Of a stretch of 38,687 nt of DNA, positions 23,120 to 33,744 are shown one piece after another. The stretch is from positions 1-38,687 of the forward strand of contig JBCBZT010000061.1 in NCBI GenBank assembly GCA_039815185.1, given 5' to 3'. The number at the start of each line of letters is the position of its first letter. The first letter of the stretch is position 1. The stretch comes from Cyanobacteria bacterium P01_A01_bin.123 (GTDB lineage Bacteria; Cyanobacteriota; Cyanobacteriia; Phormidesmidales; Phormidesmidaceae). Under the pieces are notes generated by a model. That model saw only the letters and a program-made list of their open reading frames with translations. It made no database searches and was not told where the DNA came from. The position numbers and the translations under genes were made by a program.

Positions 23120-24301
23120 TTGCCGTCTATGAATTCCAATCCCCTCAAGATTTCAGTTATTGCCCCAGATCTATCCGGAGGCGGTGTCGCCCGCGTCTAC
23201 CTTGTCGCCATCATGCTTCAACAATTGGGGCATCATGTCGAGGTCGTCGGCTGCCGCTCTGGCGAAAATATCTATCCGTCTCCCCCCGAAGGTCTCCCAG
23301 TTACAACCGTCCCCAGGAAAAAAATACCGGGATTTACTCAGTCTGTACTACAAGTGCTGGGCAAACTCCAAGGCGATATTATCTACGCGATCAAGCCTCG
23401 CCTAACCAGTCTCGGCATTGGCTATCTCAAACAGCGATTATCTGGAAGACCCTTACTCGTTGACATTGACGATTGGGAAATGAGTTGGGTTGGGGGCGAC
23501 AACTACCGCTATCATCCTAAATTCAAGGAGCTGGTGCGCGATATTTTGACGCCCGAAGGCAAGCTACGTAATCCAGAGCATCCCTTTTATGTGCAGCAGA
23601 TGGAATCTTGGGTCAAGCATGCTGATGCGGTTACGGTGACGACTCAGTTTTTGCAACGGCGCTTTGGTGGCTTCTATTTGCCCAATGGCAAAGATACCGA
23701 CTGTTTTGATCCGGCCCGCTTTGATCCTGAAGCCAGTCGTCAAAAGTATGGGCTTAGCGGCTACCGGGTACTCATGTTTCCCGGCACAGCTAGACCCCAC
23801 AAAGGTTTAGAAGATCTGTTGATTGCCTTAGAAAAGCTTAACCAAAGTGACCTCAAAGTCGTTATCGTGGGCGGAGATAAATTCGACGATTACGAAGATA
23901 AACTCCTGAAACGGTGGCAACCCTGGCTGATTAAGTTACCACGATTTTCTATGGCCGAGATGGCTGAAGTTGTCTCTGCTGCGCATGTTGTTGTCGTCCC
24001 CCAACGCGATACCCTAACAGCCTGTGCTCAGTTCCCCCTCAAGCTGGCTGATGGTATGGCCATGGCCAAACCGATTTTATCGACCCGGGTTGGTGATATC
24101 CCCGATATCTTAGGTGATGCAGGCTATCTGGTTGACCCTAGCAGCCCCGATCAAATTGCAGAGACTTTACCCAAAATCTTTGCCGATTTTGAGCAGGCAC
24201 AGCGCAAGGGTGAAGCAGCCCGTCAGCAATGCCTGCAAAACTACAGTACCCATGCGATGGGAAAAACTTTGTCGAAAATACTAGAACAATGGCAATCGTA
24301 G
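23120..24301 (+). CDS. Glycosyltransferase family 4 (GT-B fold)
   Basis: LSGGG N-terminal loop, FPGTARPHKG and FPLKLADGMAMAKPILSTRVGDIP. The start may be ATG 23129. Confidence 0.9.
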   Translation: MPSMNSNPLKISVIAPDLSGGGVARVYLVAIMLQQLGHHVEVVGCRSGENIYPSPPEGLPVTTVPRKKIPGFTQSVLQVLGKLQGDIIYAIKPRLTSLGIGYLKQRLSGRPLLVDIDDWEMSWVGGDNYRYHPKFKELVRDILTPEGKLRNPEHPFYVQQMESWVKHADAVTVTTQFLQRRFGGFYLPNGKDTDCFDPARFDPEASRQKYGLSGYRVLMFPGTARPHKGLEDLLIALEKLNQSDLKVVIVGGDKFDDYEDKLLKRWQPWLIKLPRFSMAEMAEVVSAAHVVVVPQRDTLTACAQFPLKLADGMAMAKPILSTRVGDIPDILGDAGYLVDPSSPDQIAETLPKIFADFEQAQRKGEAARQQCLQNYSTHAMGKTLSKILEQWQS

Positions 24302-24308
24302 TTGCACT

Positions 24309-26321
24309 ATGAAAACGTCCCCCAATCGACTGCTCCTGAGTTTTGCACTGAGACATCCCATCTGGATTATCCTAACCATCCTGTTGGGATTTTCGGGTGC
24401 GGTCTTTAATGGGGTCGGTGCCACTCTGATCATTCCAGTACTGCTGGAATTCCTAGGTCAATCACTGACTGAGGCAGATAACCTGCCGCCGATTCTAAGC
24501 CAATTTTTCAGCGTATTTGACGATATCCCCGAAGCCTATCGCATTAGCGTTATGTTGGGGGCCGTGTTCTTCACCATTGTGCTCAAGAATCTGGCTAACT
24601 ACGCCAGCATCATGGCTGGAGCTGCGTTAACACGAGCCCTCACGGTTGATATGCGAGATGAAGGCCTCCAGCTATTGCTAGAGGTAGATCTTGATTACCA
24701 CTTCAAAATGCGGGCTGGGGATATTATTCAGCGGCTCAACGACCAGGTCAGCCGCGCCACCACCGCCATCAAGACTTTGATAGAACTGGTGCGCGTGGGC
24801 CTCAATATCATCTTCTTCGTGGTTCTCTTGGTAAGTATCTCTTGGCAGTTGACCCTAACTGCAACGGTACTGTTCGGCATGATTATTGCGCTCAATCAGT
24901 TTGCAGTGAGCCGTTCCCGCCAATTTGGCCGCAATCTAGCTGATACGTCCAAAGCTTATTCCATTAGGGTTTTGGAGATGCTCAATGGGATGCGCTTGGT
25001 TAGATCGACGGCTAGCGAACCGCGAGAATATAAGCTCGTTCGACGGTTAATTCATGCCCGGGAGAAGGCATCATTTGATTCTCTGGCCAATTCCGCCTTA
25101 ATTACGCCCATCAATGAGATTGGCAGTATTTTGGCACTGATTTTGATGGTGATCATCAGCCGGGGTCTATTTTCAGATCGACTCGATACGCTGGCCACGA
25201 TTTTATTGACCTATTTGTTTGTGCTATCCCGCATGATTCCGTTTTTAGGGCAACTTAACGGGGCTCGGGGACGATTTGCCAACAATGCAGCCAGTGTGGA
25301 ATACGTCTACGATTTTTTGCGCCGTGACAATAAATCCTTTATGAAAAAGGGCACGGTGCCGTTTTCCCATCTGGCTGAGGGGATTCGGTTTGAAAATTTG
25401 TCTTTTACCTATCCTGGCACTGAGACTCCAGTGCTAAAGCAGGTTGATTTGTATTTACCCAGGGGAACAACCCTGGCTTTAGTGGGGGCTTCAGGGGCGG
25501 GTAAATCAACCCTGGCTGATTTGCTACCTCGCTTTTATGACTTAGATGGGGGTCGCATTTCCATCGATGGCAAAGACCTGAGAGACTACGACATTAGCTC
25601 CCTACGGCGGCAGATGGGCATTGTCAGCCAAGATACGTTTTTGTTTAACATGTCGATTCGGGATAACATTGCCTACGCCCGACCAGGTGCTTCCGATGAC
25701 CAAATCATTGATGCGGCAAAACGAGCTAATGCCTATGAGTTTGTTGCCAGGATGCCGCAAGGGCTAGATACGCTGATTGGCGATCGCGGCGTGTTGCTCT
25801 CTGGGGGGCAGCGTCAACGGTTGGCGATTGCCCGGGCATTGCTGCAAGACCCCGACATTTTGATCTTAGATGAAGCGACTAGTGCCTTAGATACGGTGTC
25901 AGAACGGCTAGTCCAGAAAGCGCTAGATGATCTCAGTCGCGATCGCACTACCCTGGTGATCGCCCACCGCCTCTCTACCATTCAAGAAGCCGATCAAATT
26001 GCCGTTCTCGGTGCTGGGGAAGTTTTGGAAGTTGGAAATCACAGAGACTTGATCCGGCGCGGTGGAGCCTATAAAAATCTCTACTCCATGCAATTTAGTG
26101 AAACCACTAAACAGATTATCAAAGCAGCCAAAAATGAAAGCTTAACCAAGGTTTCTTATGAGGTACGTAATAATCTAAATACAATCTTAGGCTCGCTGCA
26201 GCTCTTGGCCGATGGGTTTGTCGATGATGTTGAAGAACAGCGAGAACTAACCCTAGAAGCTTATCAATCTGCCCTGGTGCTTCTAGAGCGGTTGAAAAGC
26301 AACGAAGATGATGTCCAATGA
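24309..26321 (+). CDS. ABC exporter (permease + ATPase, HepA/MsbA-like) with a C-terminal HisKA-like extension
   Basis: N-terminal transmembrane domain, GASGAGKST, LSGGQRQR, LILDEATSALD and IAHRLST, followed by an extra ~70-aa tail. Confidence 0.93.
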   Translation: MKTSPNRLLLSFALRHPIWIILTILLGFSGAVFNGVGATLIIPVLLEFLGQSLTEADNLPPILSQFFSVFDDIPEAYRISVMLGAVFFTIVLKNLANYASIMAGAALTRALTVDMRDEGLQLLLEVDLDYHFKMRAGDIIQRLNDQVSRATTAIKTLIELVRVGLNIIFFVVLLVSISWQLTLTATVLFGMIIALNQFAVSRSRQFGRNLADTSKAYSIRVLEMLNGMRLVRSTASEPREYKLVRRLIHAREKASFDSLANSALITPINEIGSILALILMVIISRGLFSDRLDTLATILLTYLFVLSRMIPFLGQLNGARGRFANNAASVEYVYDFLRRDNKSFMKKGTVPFSHLAEGIRFENLSFTYPGTETPVLKQVDLYLPRGTTLALVGASGAGKSTLADLLPRFYDLDGGRISIDGKDLRDYDISSLRRQMGIVSQDTFLFNMSIRDNIAYARPGASDDQIIDAAKRANAYEFVARMPQGLDTLIGDRGVLLSGGQRQRLAIARALLQDPDILILDEATSALDTVSERLVQKALDDLSRDRTTLVIAHRLSTIQEADQIAVLGAGEVLEVGNHRDLIRRGGAYKNLYSMQFSETTKQIIKAAKNESLTKVSYEVRNNLNTILGSLQLLADGFVDDVEEQRELTLEAYQSALVLLERLKSNEDDVQ

Positions 26322-26418
26322 TAAAGCTTTGGCCACATCCACATCTAGAGTCATCGTTTCCCCTCTAGGGACATAGGGCTCTACGCCCCTGCTTAGGTTC
26401 TCAAATCGGATTTATTTT

Positions 26419-27468
26419 ATGCTGACCGGTACAGCACCATTGACCTTGTCCAACGAGCTGCATCAGCGGCTCACCTCGCCGCTCAAAATTGGCGCGGTGA
26501 CGGTCAATAGTCGGGTGTTGCAATCGCCTTTATCTGGAGTGACTGATTTGGTATTTCGGCGGTTGGTGCGACGGTATGCCCCAACGTCCATGATGTATAC
26601 CGAAATGGTGAGTGCTTCAGAACTCCACCATATGCGTCAGTTGCCAACACTGATGGAGATTGATCCCCATGAGCGTCCGATTAGCATTCAACTCTTCGAC
26701 TGTCGCCCTGATTTCCTAGCTGAAGCCGCCCAAAAAGCTGTTGAAGAGGGAGCTGACACTGTCGATATCAACATGGGTTGCCCAGTCAATAAAATCACCA
26801 AAAACGGCGGCGGTTCTTCCCTATTGCGCCAACCGGAGGTCGCCGAGGCAATCGTACAGACCGTGGTGGCTGGGGTAGATGTGCCCGTGACGGTAAAAAC
26901 CCGCATTGGCTGGGACGAAACAGACATTAATGCGGTGGAATTTGGTCGCCGAATGGAAGCGGCAGGGGCACAAATGTTGACCTTACATGGACGGACTCGT
27001 GCCCAGGGGTATAACGGGCCGGCTCGATGGGAGTGGATTACCCGAGTCAAAGCAGCCCTATCGATTCCGGTGATTGCCAATGGGGATATTCATTCAGTGG
27101 CAGCAGCGCTACGTTGTTTGCAGGAAACGGGTGCAGACGGCGTCATGTGCTCTCGCGGCACTTTAGGGTATCCGTTTTTGGTAGGCGAAATTGATCACTT
27201 CTTCAAAACGGGGGAAATCAAAGCCCCCCCAGGTATTGTCACTCGGCTGCGCTGTGCCCGCGAACATTTGATTATGCTGTGGGAATACAAGGGCGATCGC
27301 GGCATTCGCCAAGCCCGCAAGCATATGACCTGGTATTGCAAAGGGTTCACTGGAGCAGCTGAGCTACGGGATCACCTATGCCGGATTGAATCGGTGGAGG
27401 CCGGATGTGATTTACTGGACGGCGCGATTTCTAAACTTGAGTTGCTCAGACCAAGTCACTCAGGTTAA
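26419..27468 (+). CDS. dusB: tRNA-dihydrouridine synthase B
   Basis: SPLSGVTD, DINMGCPV, TVKTRIGW, TLHGRTR and IANGDI. Confidence 0.95.
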   Translation: MLTGTAPLTLSNELHQRLTSPLKIGAVTVNSRVLQSPLSGVTDLVFRRLVRRYAPTSMMYTEMVSASELHHMRQLPTLMEIDPHERPISIQLFDCRPDFLAEAAQKAVEEGADTVDINMGCPVNKITKNGGGSSLLRQPEVAEAIVQTVVAGVDVPVTVKTRIGWDETDINAVEFGRRMEAAGAQMLTLHGRTRAQGYNGPARWEWITRVKAALSIPVIANGDIHSVAAALRCLQETGADGVMCSRGTLGYPFLVGEIDHFFKTGEIKAPPGIVTRLRCAREHLIMLWEYKGDRGIRQARKHMTWYCKGFTGAAELRDHLCRIESVEAGCDLLDGAISKLELLRPSHSG

Positions 27469-27655
27469 ATGACCTAGATTAGATTGAGTCACCCTGATCG
27501 AAACACCTAAATTGAGTTACGTTCATCCACAGCTTTACCCTAAGTTGATCTGAAATTTCTTACCATAGAAGAGCGAGACCGCTATAGTTGAAGGGCGGCT
27601 TTTTGCTACTGAAGGTAGCGAGTTTCGTGACTGACGCTTTTCATTCGACTGGCTT

Positions 27656-28303
27656 ATGACCTCCTATGCAACTTCCACAGCGCGGGCTGACATGGGCGAA
27701 CTTCGCCGCTTGCGTAGCCTATTGCCCCCCGAACTACAAAGCTGGGTAACGGTAGAACCGGCCACTGACGTGGCGCCACCGTTGATCACCTGTGAAGAAT
27801 TGGGCAAAGATCAGGTAGAAGTCCAGGTCGATTTGGCCAAGTGGGAGCTGCTTGCCCTAGATCAGCGTAACTTGATCTTTTGGCACGAAGTAGCGCGTAT
27901 CCAAAATGACACCATTCCTCGGGATGGATGGGAAATGGCGGCCCTGGCCATTGGTCTGGGAGGAGCCGTGGGTGAGTTATGGGTACAAGATGGCTTGCTG
28001 TTAATTTTGGCCCTGGGACTATGTAGTATTTCAGGGTGGCGGCTGTATCGTCGCAATAACGGCCAAAAGACCTTGAAAGAAGCAATTGATGCCGATGACA
28101 AAGCGATCGCGATCGCGACCCGCTTTGGCTACACCCTCCCGAATGCCTACAAAAGTCTAGGCAGCGCCTTGAAAACGCTGATCGAACAGACCCCGAAAAA
28201 GCGCCAACGCGATCGCTACGTGAAGCGGCTGGACGCACTGAAGAAAAGTGCAGCCCGAGCTAAAGATCGTTCAAAAGGAGGGGCTCCCCGTCCCGCCTAT
28301 TAA
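27656..28303 (+). CDS. DUF3318-type conserved cyanobacterial membrane protein
   Basis: ELRRLRSLLPPELQSWV, QRNLIFWHEVARIQ and two central hydrophobic helices. Confidence 0.75.
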   Translation: MTSYATSTARADMGELRRLRSLLPPELQSWVTVEPATDVAPPLITCEELGKDQVEVQVDLAKWELLALDQRNLIFWHEVARIQNDTIPRDGWEMAALAIGLGGAVGELWVQDGLLLILALGLCSISGWRLYRRNNGQKTLKEAIDADDKAIAIATRFGYTLPNAYKSLGSALKTLIEQTPKKRQRDRYVKRLDALKKSAARAKDRSKGGAPRPAY

Positions 28304-28331
28304 ACCTATCAAAGCTATTGGTTCATCGGTC

Positions 28332-29543
28332 TCAAGCAATACTGCCTCGTTTGCGGGCTTCTTTGTAGGACGTTCCAACATTGCGCAATCCGGCTCGAAC
28401 CATTTGGTCTTCGAGTAAGGCAAAGAATCGAGCCCGATCACCGCTACGAACCACTGCTTGGTTATGGGCTTCGGCTAAGGTTACGGGATAGCCATAGCCC
28501 TTTTGCACCTGGGTCAAGGTCAAACTCAAAGCGGTTTCTAACAGAGTTGGATTTTCGGCTACCCAAGCGGGCATTTCCACCCGTGCCACCTCGGCCCCCA
28601 CGTGGACATAACAAAAATAAATCGAATGCTCCCCGTAGACAGTCAGGATGGGGGCCGAACTACGCCATATAGGACTGCGTTCGCCTGGGGATAGATGCGT
28701 AGCCCAAAAGGTAACATCTCGGAGTGGATTAAAGACCTGGCAAGGGGCGCGATCGGTCTGCCCAGGGCAATGATTCAAGCAATCTGGAGTGTCATAGGGG
28801 CAGCTCTCTAAGCGCAAGAAGTTGAGGGCTTCACCGCTGCGCGACACACTGAGATAACCCACTAAGGGAATGTCTAACTGCCGTAGCCGTTCCCAGGCAT
28901 CTAGGATCGGGGGCAAAATGCGATCGCGGGCCTCTGTCGGCATTTGTTCTAAAAACCAATAAATTAGCGACCCGTCTACCATGGCTAGGACAGGTGCCAG
29001 GATAGGCTCAGCAGATTCATGCCTCTGCTTAGACGCGCTTAAGACTTCCTCTCCCAACTCCGCCAGCCCCACTGCTTCGGCTACAGTGCGGCGATGCCCC
29101 ATCCACTCTTCTGTGCTAATGCCCCACTGTCGAGACAGGTACAGGTCTTCCGGACGATAAACGACTTCCGGCTGATTGTCGATGATAGGGTAGCGACTTT
29201 GATCGTAATGCAGCCCAATACGGCCCACATTAATCAAATAGCAGTAGGCAATTTCATGGTGGCTAGGAGAAATTTGTGACCCGTCGGTAGCAATGACCGT
29301 ATGACAGCTGGGGGCAGGCGGAATGGCTAGGCGAGTATCCAGGGGTTCTACGGGGCAAGCAGCGGTAAATCCTAAGCGATCGCGCCCTGATTCAAGCTGA
29401 GCTACTAGTTGCGGTTGGTGGACTAGGGCCTGAGTTAGCAATCGGCCTGCTTTTTCCACCCGGTAACGAGCGGCGGCAGCTTCCTGAGTCAAATGATCGC
29501 TAATGCCCTGCATTTGGTGGGCAATCTTCATCAGATCAAGCAT
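28332..29543 (-). CDS. nurA: NurA-family nuclease
   Basis: IATDGSQ, MVDGSL and GYGYPVTLAEAHNQAVV motifs. ATG 29543 (MLDL..) is preferred over 29588. Confidence 0.88.
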   Translation of the reverse strand: MLDLMKIAHQMQGISDHLTQEAAAARYRVEKAGRLLTQALVHQPQLVAQLESGRDRLGFTAACPVEPLDTRLAIPPAPSCHTVIATDGSQISPSHHEIAYCYLINVGRIGLHYDQSRYPIIDNQPEVVYRPEDLYLSRQWGISTEEWMGHRRTVAEAVGLAELGEEVLSASKQRHESAEPILAPVLAMVDGSLIYWFLEQMPTEARDRILPPILDAWERLRQLDIPLVGYLSVSRSGEALNFLRLESCPYDTPDCLNHCPGQTDRAPCQVFNPLRDVTFWATHLSPGERSPIWRSSAPILTVYGEHSIYFCYVHVGAEVARVEMPAWVAENPTLLETALSLTLTQVQKGYGYPVTLAEAHNQAVVRSGDRARFFALLEDQMVRAGLRNVGTSYKEARKRGSIA

Positions 29544-29786
29544 AGCTAGATGTCTAAGAAATCCAATCGGAACTTGGCGGTTTAGCATTCGCCTTTAGAC
29601 AGCCATCAGCCAAAGCACAGGTGACAACAGACTAAATCATGCGAATTTAGAACTCATGTACTAAATGCCAGTGAACTCAGAATAGCAGATGTAACCTATG
29701 TCTGATTTGAAAACTTAGTTTTTGAATACGGCGTAGACGTGAGTAAATGGGAATTGCGCGTTTAGGTATTGTGAACTGTGTGCTCT

Positions 29787-30452
29787 ATGGAACTTAGAGA
29801 TAAGGTTTACCTTTACCTCCATGGTTTTGCTTCGAGTCCGCGATCGCGAAAGGCTCAAACCCTGCGATCACGCTTTGCAGAATATGGCGTTCCCTTACAA
29901 ATTCCTGACTTAAACCAGGGTGACTTTACCCATCTGAGTTTGACCCGTCAGATTCAGCAGGCTTCAGCACTTTTGACCACAGCTGATTCAGCAATCGTCA
30001 TCGGTTCTAGCTTTGGCGGTCTAACGGCAGCATGGCTAACCCAGCAACAATCGCTGCAACCCAAACTCCAAAAGCTGGTGCTGCTGGCACCAGCCTTCGG
30101 TTTTTTGGATCACTGGTTACCCAAATTAGGCCCTGAACAACTAGAACGCTGGTGTAGCGAGGGCGCCTTATCGGTCTACCACTACGGCGAAGGGCGATCG
30201 CTGCCGTTAAGCCATGCTTTTATACAAGACGCACAACAGTATTCAGAACAACAGTTAACCCAGGCTATTCCAACGCTGATTTTACACGGTCTCCACGATC
30301 AAGTCATTCCTGTTGACGCTAGCCGTGCCTACGCTGCTCAGCGACCTTGGGTACGGTTGGTTGAACTCGATAGCGATCACGCTTTGGCCGACGTTCAAAC
30401 AGAAATTTGGCAGCAGGTGAAAGCCTTTTTGAACCTTAAATCCCTGGCATAA
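29787..30452 (+). CDS. YqiA/YcfP-family esterase
   Basis: [18 protein letters not shown] (GxSxG), HGLHD and SDH catalytic motifs. Confidence 0.88.
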   Translation: MELRDKVYLYLHGFASSPRSRKAQTLRSRFAEYGVPLQIPDLNQGDFTHLSLTRQIQQASALLTTADSAIVIGSSFGGLTAAWLTQQQSLQPKLQKLVLLAPAFGFLDHWLPKLGPEQLERWCSEGALSVYHYGEGRSLPLSHAFIQDAQQYSEQQLTQAIPTLILHGLHDQVIPVDASRAYAAQRPWVRLVELDSDHALADVQTEIWQQVKAFLNLKSLA

Positions 30453-30483
30453 TGAGGGCGTTGGTTTAGCTGTCTGTCCGTTT

Positions 30484-31650
30484 ATGCTGCCCTTTCTTCG
30501 TGCTGATTTAGCTGAGTTTGTTGCCTATACGCCCCATGACGATGACGGTGATAGTCCCCAACAGCCAGCACGTCTTGATTCGCTCGATACCAATGAAAGC
30601 CCTTTTGACTTACCCAAGGATGTGAAGCAAAAACTGGCTTGGCACTATCAGCATGAGATTCAGACCAATCGTTACCCCGATGGGGGACATAGTAGCCTCA
30701 AACAGGCGATCGCGACCTACATCATCGAATCAGCCCCATCAGATGTCCGTGGAGTAACCCCTGCCCATATTTCTGTCGGTAACGGCTCCGACGAATTGAT
30801 TCGTTCCTTGCTGATTGCCACCTGTTTAGGCGGTGCTGGATCAGTGCTGGTGGCCGAGCCCACGTTTTCAATGTACAAGATTTTGGCTCAGACGCTGGGT
30901 ATTCCAGTAGCTGTGGTGCCGAGAGCAGAGGAAACGTTTGCGGTGAATTTGACCGCAGCTCAAACCGCACTCACCACAACTCAATTCCCCCCCGTGCGCA
31001 TCGTGTTTATGGTGCATCCCAATTCCCCCACGGGCAATCCGCTTACCCCAACAGAACTAAACTGGCTCCAGACATTACCACCAGACATCTTGGTGGTGAT
31101 CGACGAAGCCTATTTTGAATTTAGCCAGCAAACTACCGTTGCAGAAATCCTTCGCAGGCCCAATTGGGTAGTTACCCGTACCTTTTCCAAAGCCTTTAGT
31201 CTGGCAGCCCATCGGGTCGGTTACGCGATCGCCACCCCCGACTTGATCACTATCCTTGAAAAAGTCAGACTCCCCTACAATTTGCCTAGCTTTTCCCAAT
31301 CGGCAGTTCAAGTGGCCCTTGCGCATCGTCAGATGCTACTCAAGCAAGTGCCCCTACTCTTACAAGAACGCAACCATCTACAGCAAACCCTACGAGCACT
31401 ACCCAATATCAAAGTTTGGGGCAGCGCCGCTAACTTTATCTATGGACGGTTCCACAATCCCAACTCTGATCAACATCAGAATCAAGCCCTGACCCAAACC
31501 ATCTTTGAACAGTTAAAAGCTCAAGGAACCCTAATTCGCCACACAGGCGGCGGCTTACGCATTACCGTTGGCAGCCCAGCGGAAAATCAGCGCACCTGCG
31601 ATCGCCTTAGCGCTATCCTCGCTCACCTTAATGAAAATGAAAGGCCCTAG
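30484..31650 (+). CDS. hisC: Histidinol-phosphate aminotransferase
   Basis: [35 protein letters not shown] and RTFSKAF (PLP-binding Lys). Confidence 0.9.
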   Translation: MLPFLRADLAEFVAYTPHDDDGDSPQQPARLDSLDTNESPFDLPKDVKQKLAWHYQHEIQTNRYPDGGHSSLKQAIATYIIESAPSDVRGVTPAHISVGNGSDELIRSLLIATCLGGAGSVLVAEPTFSMYKILAQTLGIPVAVVPRAEETFAVNLTAAQTALTTTQFPPVRIVFMVHPNSPTGNPLTPTELNWLQTLPPDILVVIDEAYFEFSQQTTVAEILRRPNWVVTRTFSKAFSLAAHRVGYAIATPDLITILEKVRLPYNLPSFSQSAVQVALAHRQMLLKQVPLLLQERNHLQQTLRALPNIKVWGSAANFIYGRFHNPNSDQHQNQALTQTIFEQLKAQGTLIRHTGGGLRITVGSPAENQRTCDRLSAILAHLNENERP

Positions 31651-31775
31651 TCGTTCGTCAAACTTTAATCTCGTAGCTTAGCTTAATGAACGTAACCTAT
31701 GCCCCTCTGCCAAAGTGTGGCTTCATAAGCTCTACACCACGCTACATAACTCATAACTTTAGCGTTGACACCTGG

Positions 31776-32471
31776 CTAATCCGTTAGCCGAGCCTTACGG
31801 ATTGTTCCCGGTAAAACGCCGACTAACAAAGCAAACGCTTCGTCGGGCACCCGTTCAATAATGCGATTGTCAAAATAACTCTTAAACTGCTCTAAAATCA
31901 TCCGGGCTCGCTGCGCTGGCACTGCCTGATCAGTAAAATTTTGGGTCAGCCGAATCCACTGCAACCGAATCTTCAAGGCTTTTTGCTGTTCCTCATGGGA
32001 CTCAGGAGCGACTAACGATAAATTCCCTAACGGAATCACCCGCCGGCATCCTTGATCGAACACACCGCCGACAGCAGCCCCTGGCCCCGCAAACTCCGCA
32101 TGAAATCCTTTGAAGATGATTAAGCCATTGCGGCGGCGACTATTAACCACCCACAGCTTGCCGCTGTTGATCTGGGTAAACGTTTCAGTAGCCTCCAATT
32201 GCTGATTCACAGAATGATGAATTATGTTGCCTTCGCGATGAGTAGGGGGAGACTCAGTTCCCGTTACAGGGGCATTAATCTGGATGAGATCAGCCTGATT
32301 CAGGGTTTGAGCGTAGGGTTCGGACGCAAGTTGTCGAGTTAGCCCGACTGGCGTAGCAGTCTTCGTAAGCTTAGCGGAGCCTCCAGATTTAACATCCCAA
32401 ATTTTAGGGGATTGCTCTGACATGTGCTTACTCGTTTGGCTAGAACTTCTTAAGGACGCCATAAAGATCAA
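31776..32471 (-). CDS. Conserved hypothetical protein, possibly a degenerate Crp/Fnr-type HTH protein
   Basis: Long ORF with a low-complexity N-terminus, an AEFAGPGAAVGG core and a C-terminal QRARMIL...DEAFALLVGVLPGTIR. The start is uncertain (TTG 32471 or ATG 32462). Confidence 0.7.
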   Translation of the reverse strand: MIFMASLRSSSQTSKHMSEQSPKIWDVKSGGSAKLTKTATPVGLTRQLASEPYAQTLNQADLIQINAPVTGTESPPTHREGNIIHHSVNQQLEATETFTQINSGKLWVVNSRRRNGLIIFKGFHAEFAGPGAAVGGVFDQGCRRVIPLGNLSLVAPESHEEQQKALKIRLQWIRLTQNFTDQAVPAQRARMILEQFKSYFDNRIIERVPDEAFALLVGVLPGTIRKARLTD

Positions 32472-32837
32472 GCATGATATATGAATCTTCGATGAACTTC
32501 ACCATCTACCCAATTATCCGTCCCTAAAAATCGTCGGAAGATTTTACCCCTAACACCGATATACTCTACTAGAGTCGTTAGCCGCGTCAGGGTTTTTTCA
32601 GATCTTTTACGCAGCAATCAGGAAATCTTGAAGAAACCGTAAACCTTCTCAAAGGAAACCCAAATCATATATCAAGCCTAAGTAGTCTCAGCGTATATAA
32701 ACTTAGGCTAGAATACACAGCTATTTTGGAGATCTAAATCAACGTTTAATTTGAAAGCTTGAGTTTTTAGCTTAAGAAAAACTACGGATCCGGATATGGG
32801 CAGATTTCAATAGACAGCTGTTTTGCCAACGACTATC

Positions 32838-33488
32838 TCAAGCTGGGTCAGAAAAATCTGGAATTTGCAGAGATTGGGGCAGGCGCGTTACTGTTAACGG
32901 TTTGTGCATCAGCAATCGTTTGGGCTGCCCAAAGACGTTGGCAGACAAGCTCCATTCCACAGATTGCAAACGAAATCCTGCCTTGTGATATAAATTTCGT
33001 GCCTGATTATTATTTTCCATCACATGCAGGTAAAGGTCTTGAAAGCCCCATTCCAAAGCCAATTGTTCGCAGGCTTGCAAAAGTTGTCTCGCGACACCCT
33101 GCCGTCGAAATCTAGGGTCAACGGCTAAGTTAGATAGATACAGGTAACGCGGTTGATTGAACAGCCAAACATAGGTTGGACGGCAAGACATTTCAACCGT
33201 ACCGACCAATTCGTCCAGATCAGACTTAGACCCAGTTTGGGAGAAAGTCCAGGGTGCTGTCTGCACAGACCGGGCTGCTGCTAAGCAAGCGTATTGAGTT
33301 ATGTAGCCATTCAAGCGAGTTTTCAGGTCTTCGTGAATACCAAATCTCAGTAACGGGTAAATCAATCGTATCCACCCCGTATTGCAGTAAAATCCAGCGG
33401 TTAAGAGATCAGCCAATTGCCCTAAGTCTTTGAGCGTTGCAGTTCGAATCTGAAAAGACATCGCAGAATTTGCTGGGAAGATCGCCAT
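32838..33488 (-). CDS. GNAT-family N-acetyltransferase
   Basis: YLSNLAVDPRFRRQGVARQLL (motif A) and LHVMENNNQARNLYHKAGF. Confidence 0.92.
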   Translation of the reverse strand: MAIFPANSAMSFQIRTATLKDLGQLADLLTAGFYCNTGWIRLIYPLLRFGIHEDLKTRLNGYITQYACLAAARSVQTAPWTFSQTGSKSDLDELVGTVEMSCRPTYVWLFNQPRYLYLSNLAVDPRFRRQGVARQLLQACEQLALEWGFQDLYLHVMENNNQARNLYHKAGFRLQSVEWSLSANVFGQPKRLLMHKPLTVTRLPQSLQIPDFSDPA

Positions 33489-33744
33489 AGCGAGAAATTA
33501 CGGTTGTGGTAAACACCTGATTCAAACGGGCATTCTATATTCAGTTCTACACCACCCATCCGGATCCCCTGTGGTCAAGCATCTCATCTTTACAATAGAA
33601 AATCGGGAAACCGCCTAATATAGTAGAGAACCATCCACTAGCATGAGTCAGTTACAAAGGCGGTGGGCGATGGCACTTAGGGCCATACGGAAATCTGATC
33701 AGTGTTGTCCTTTGGCACTTTCGCCTGAACTGTGAGAGTGGTGC

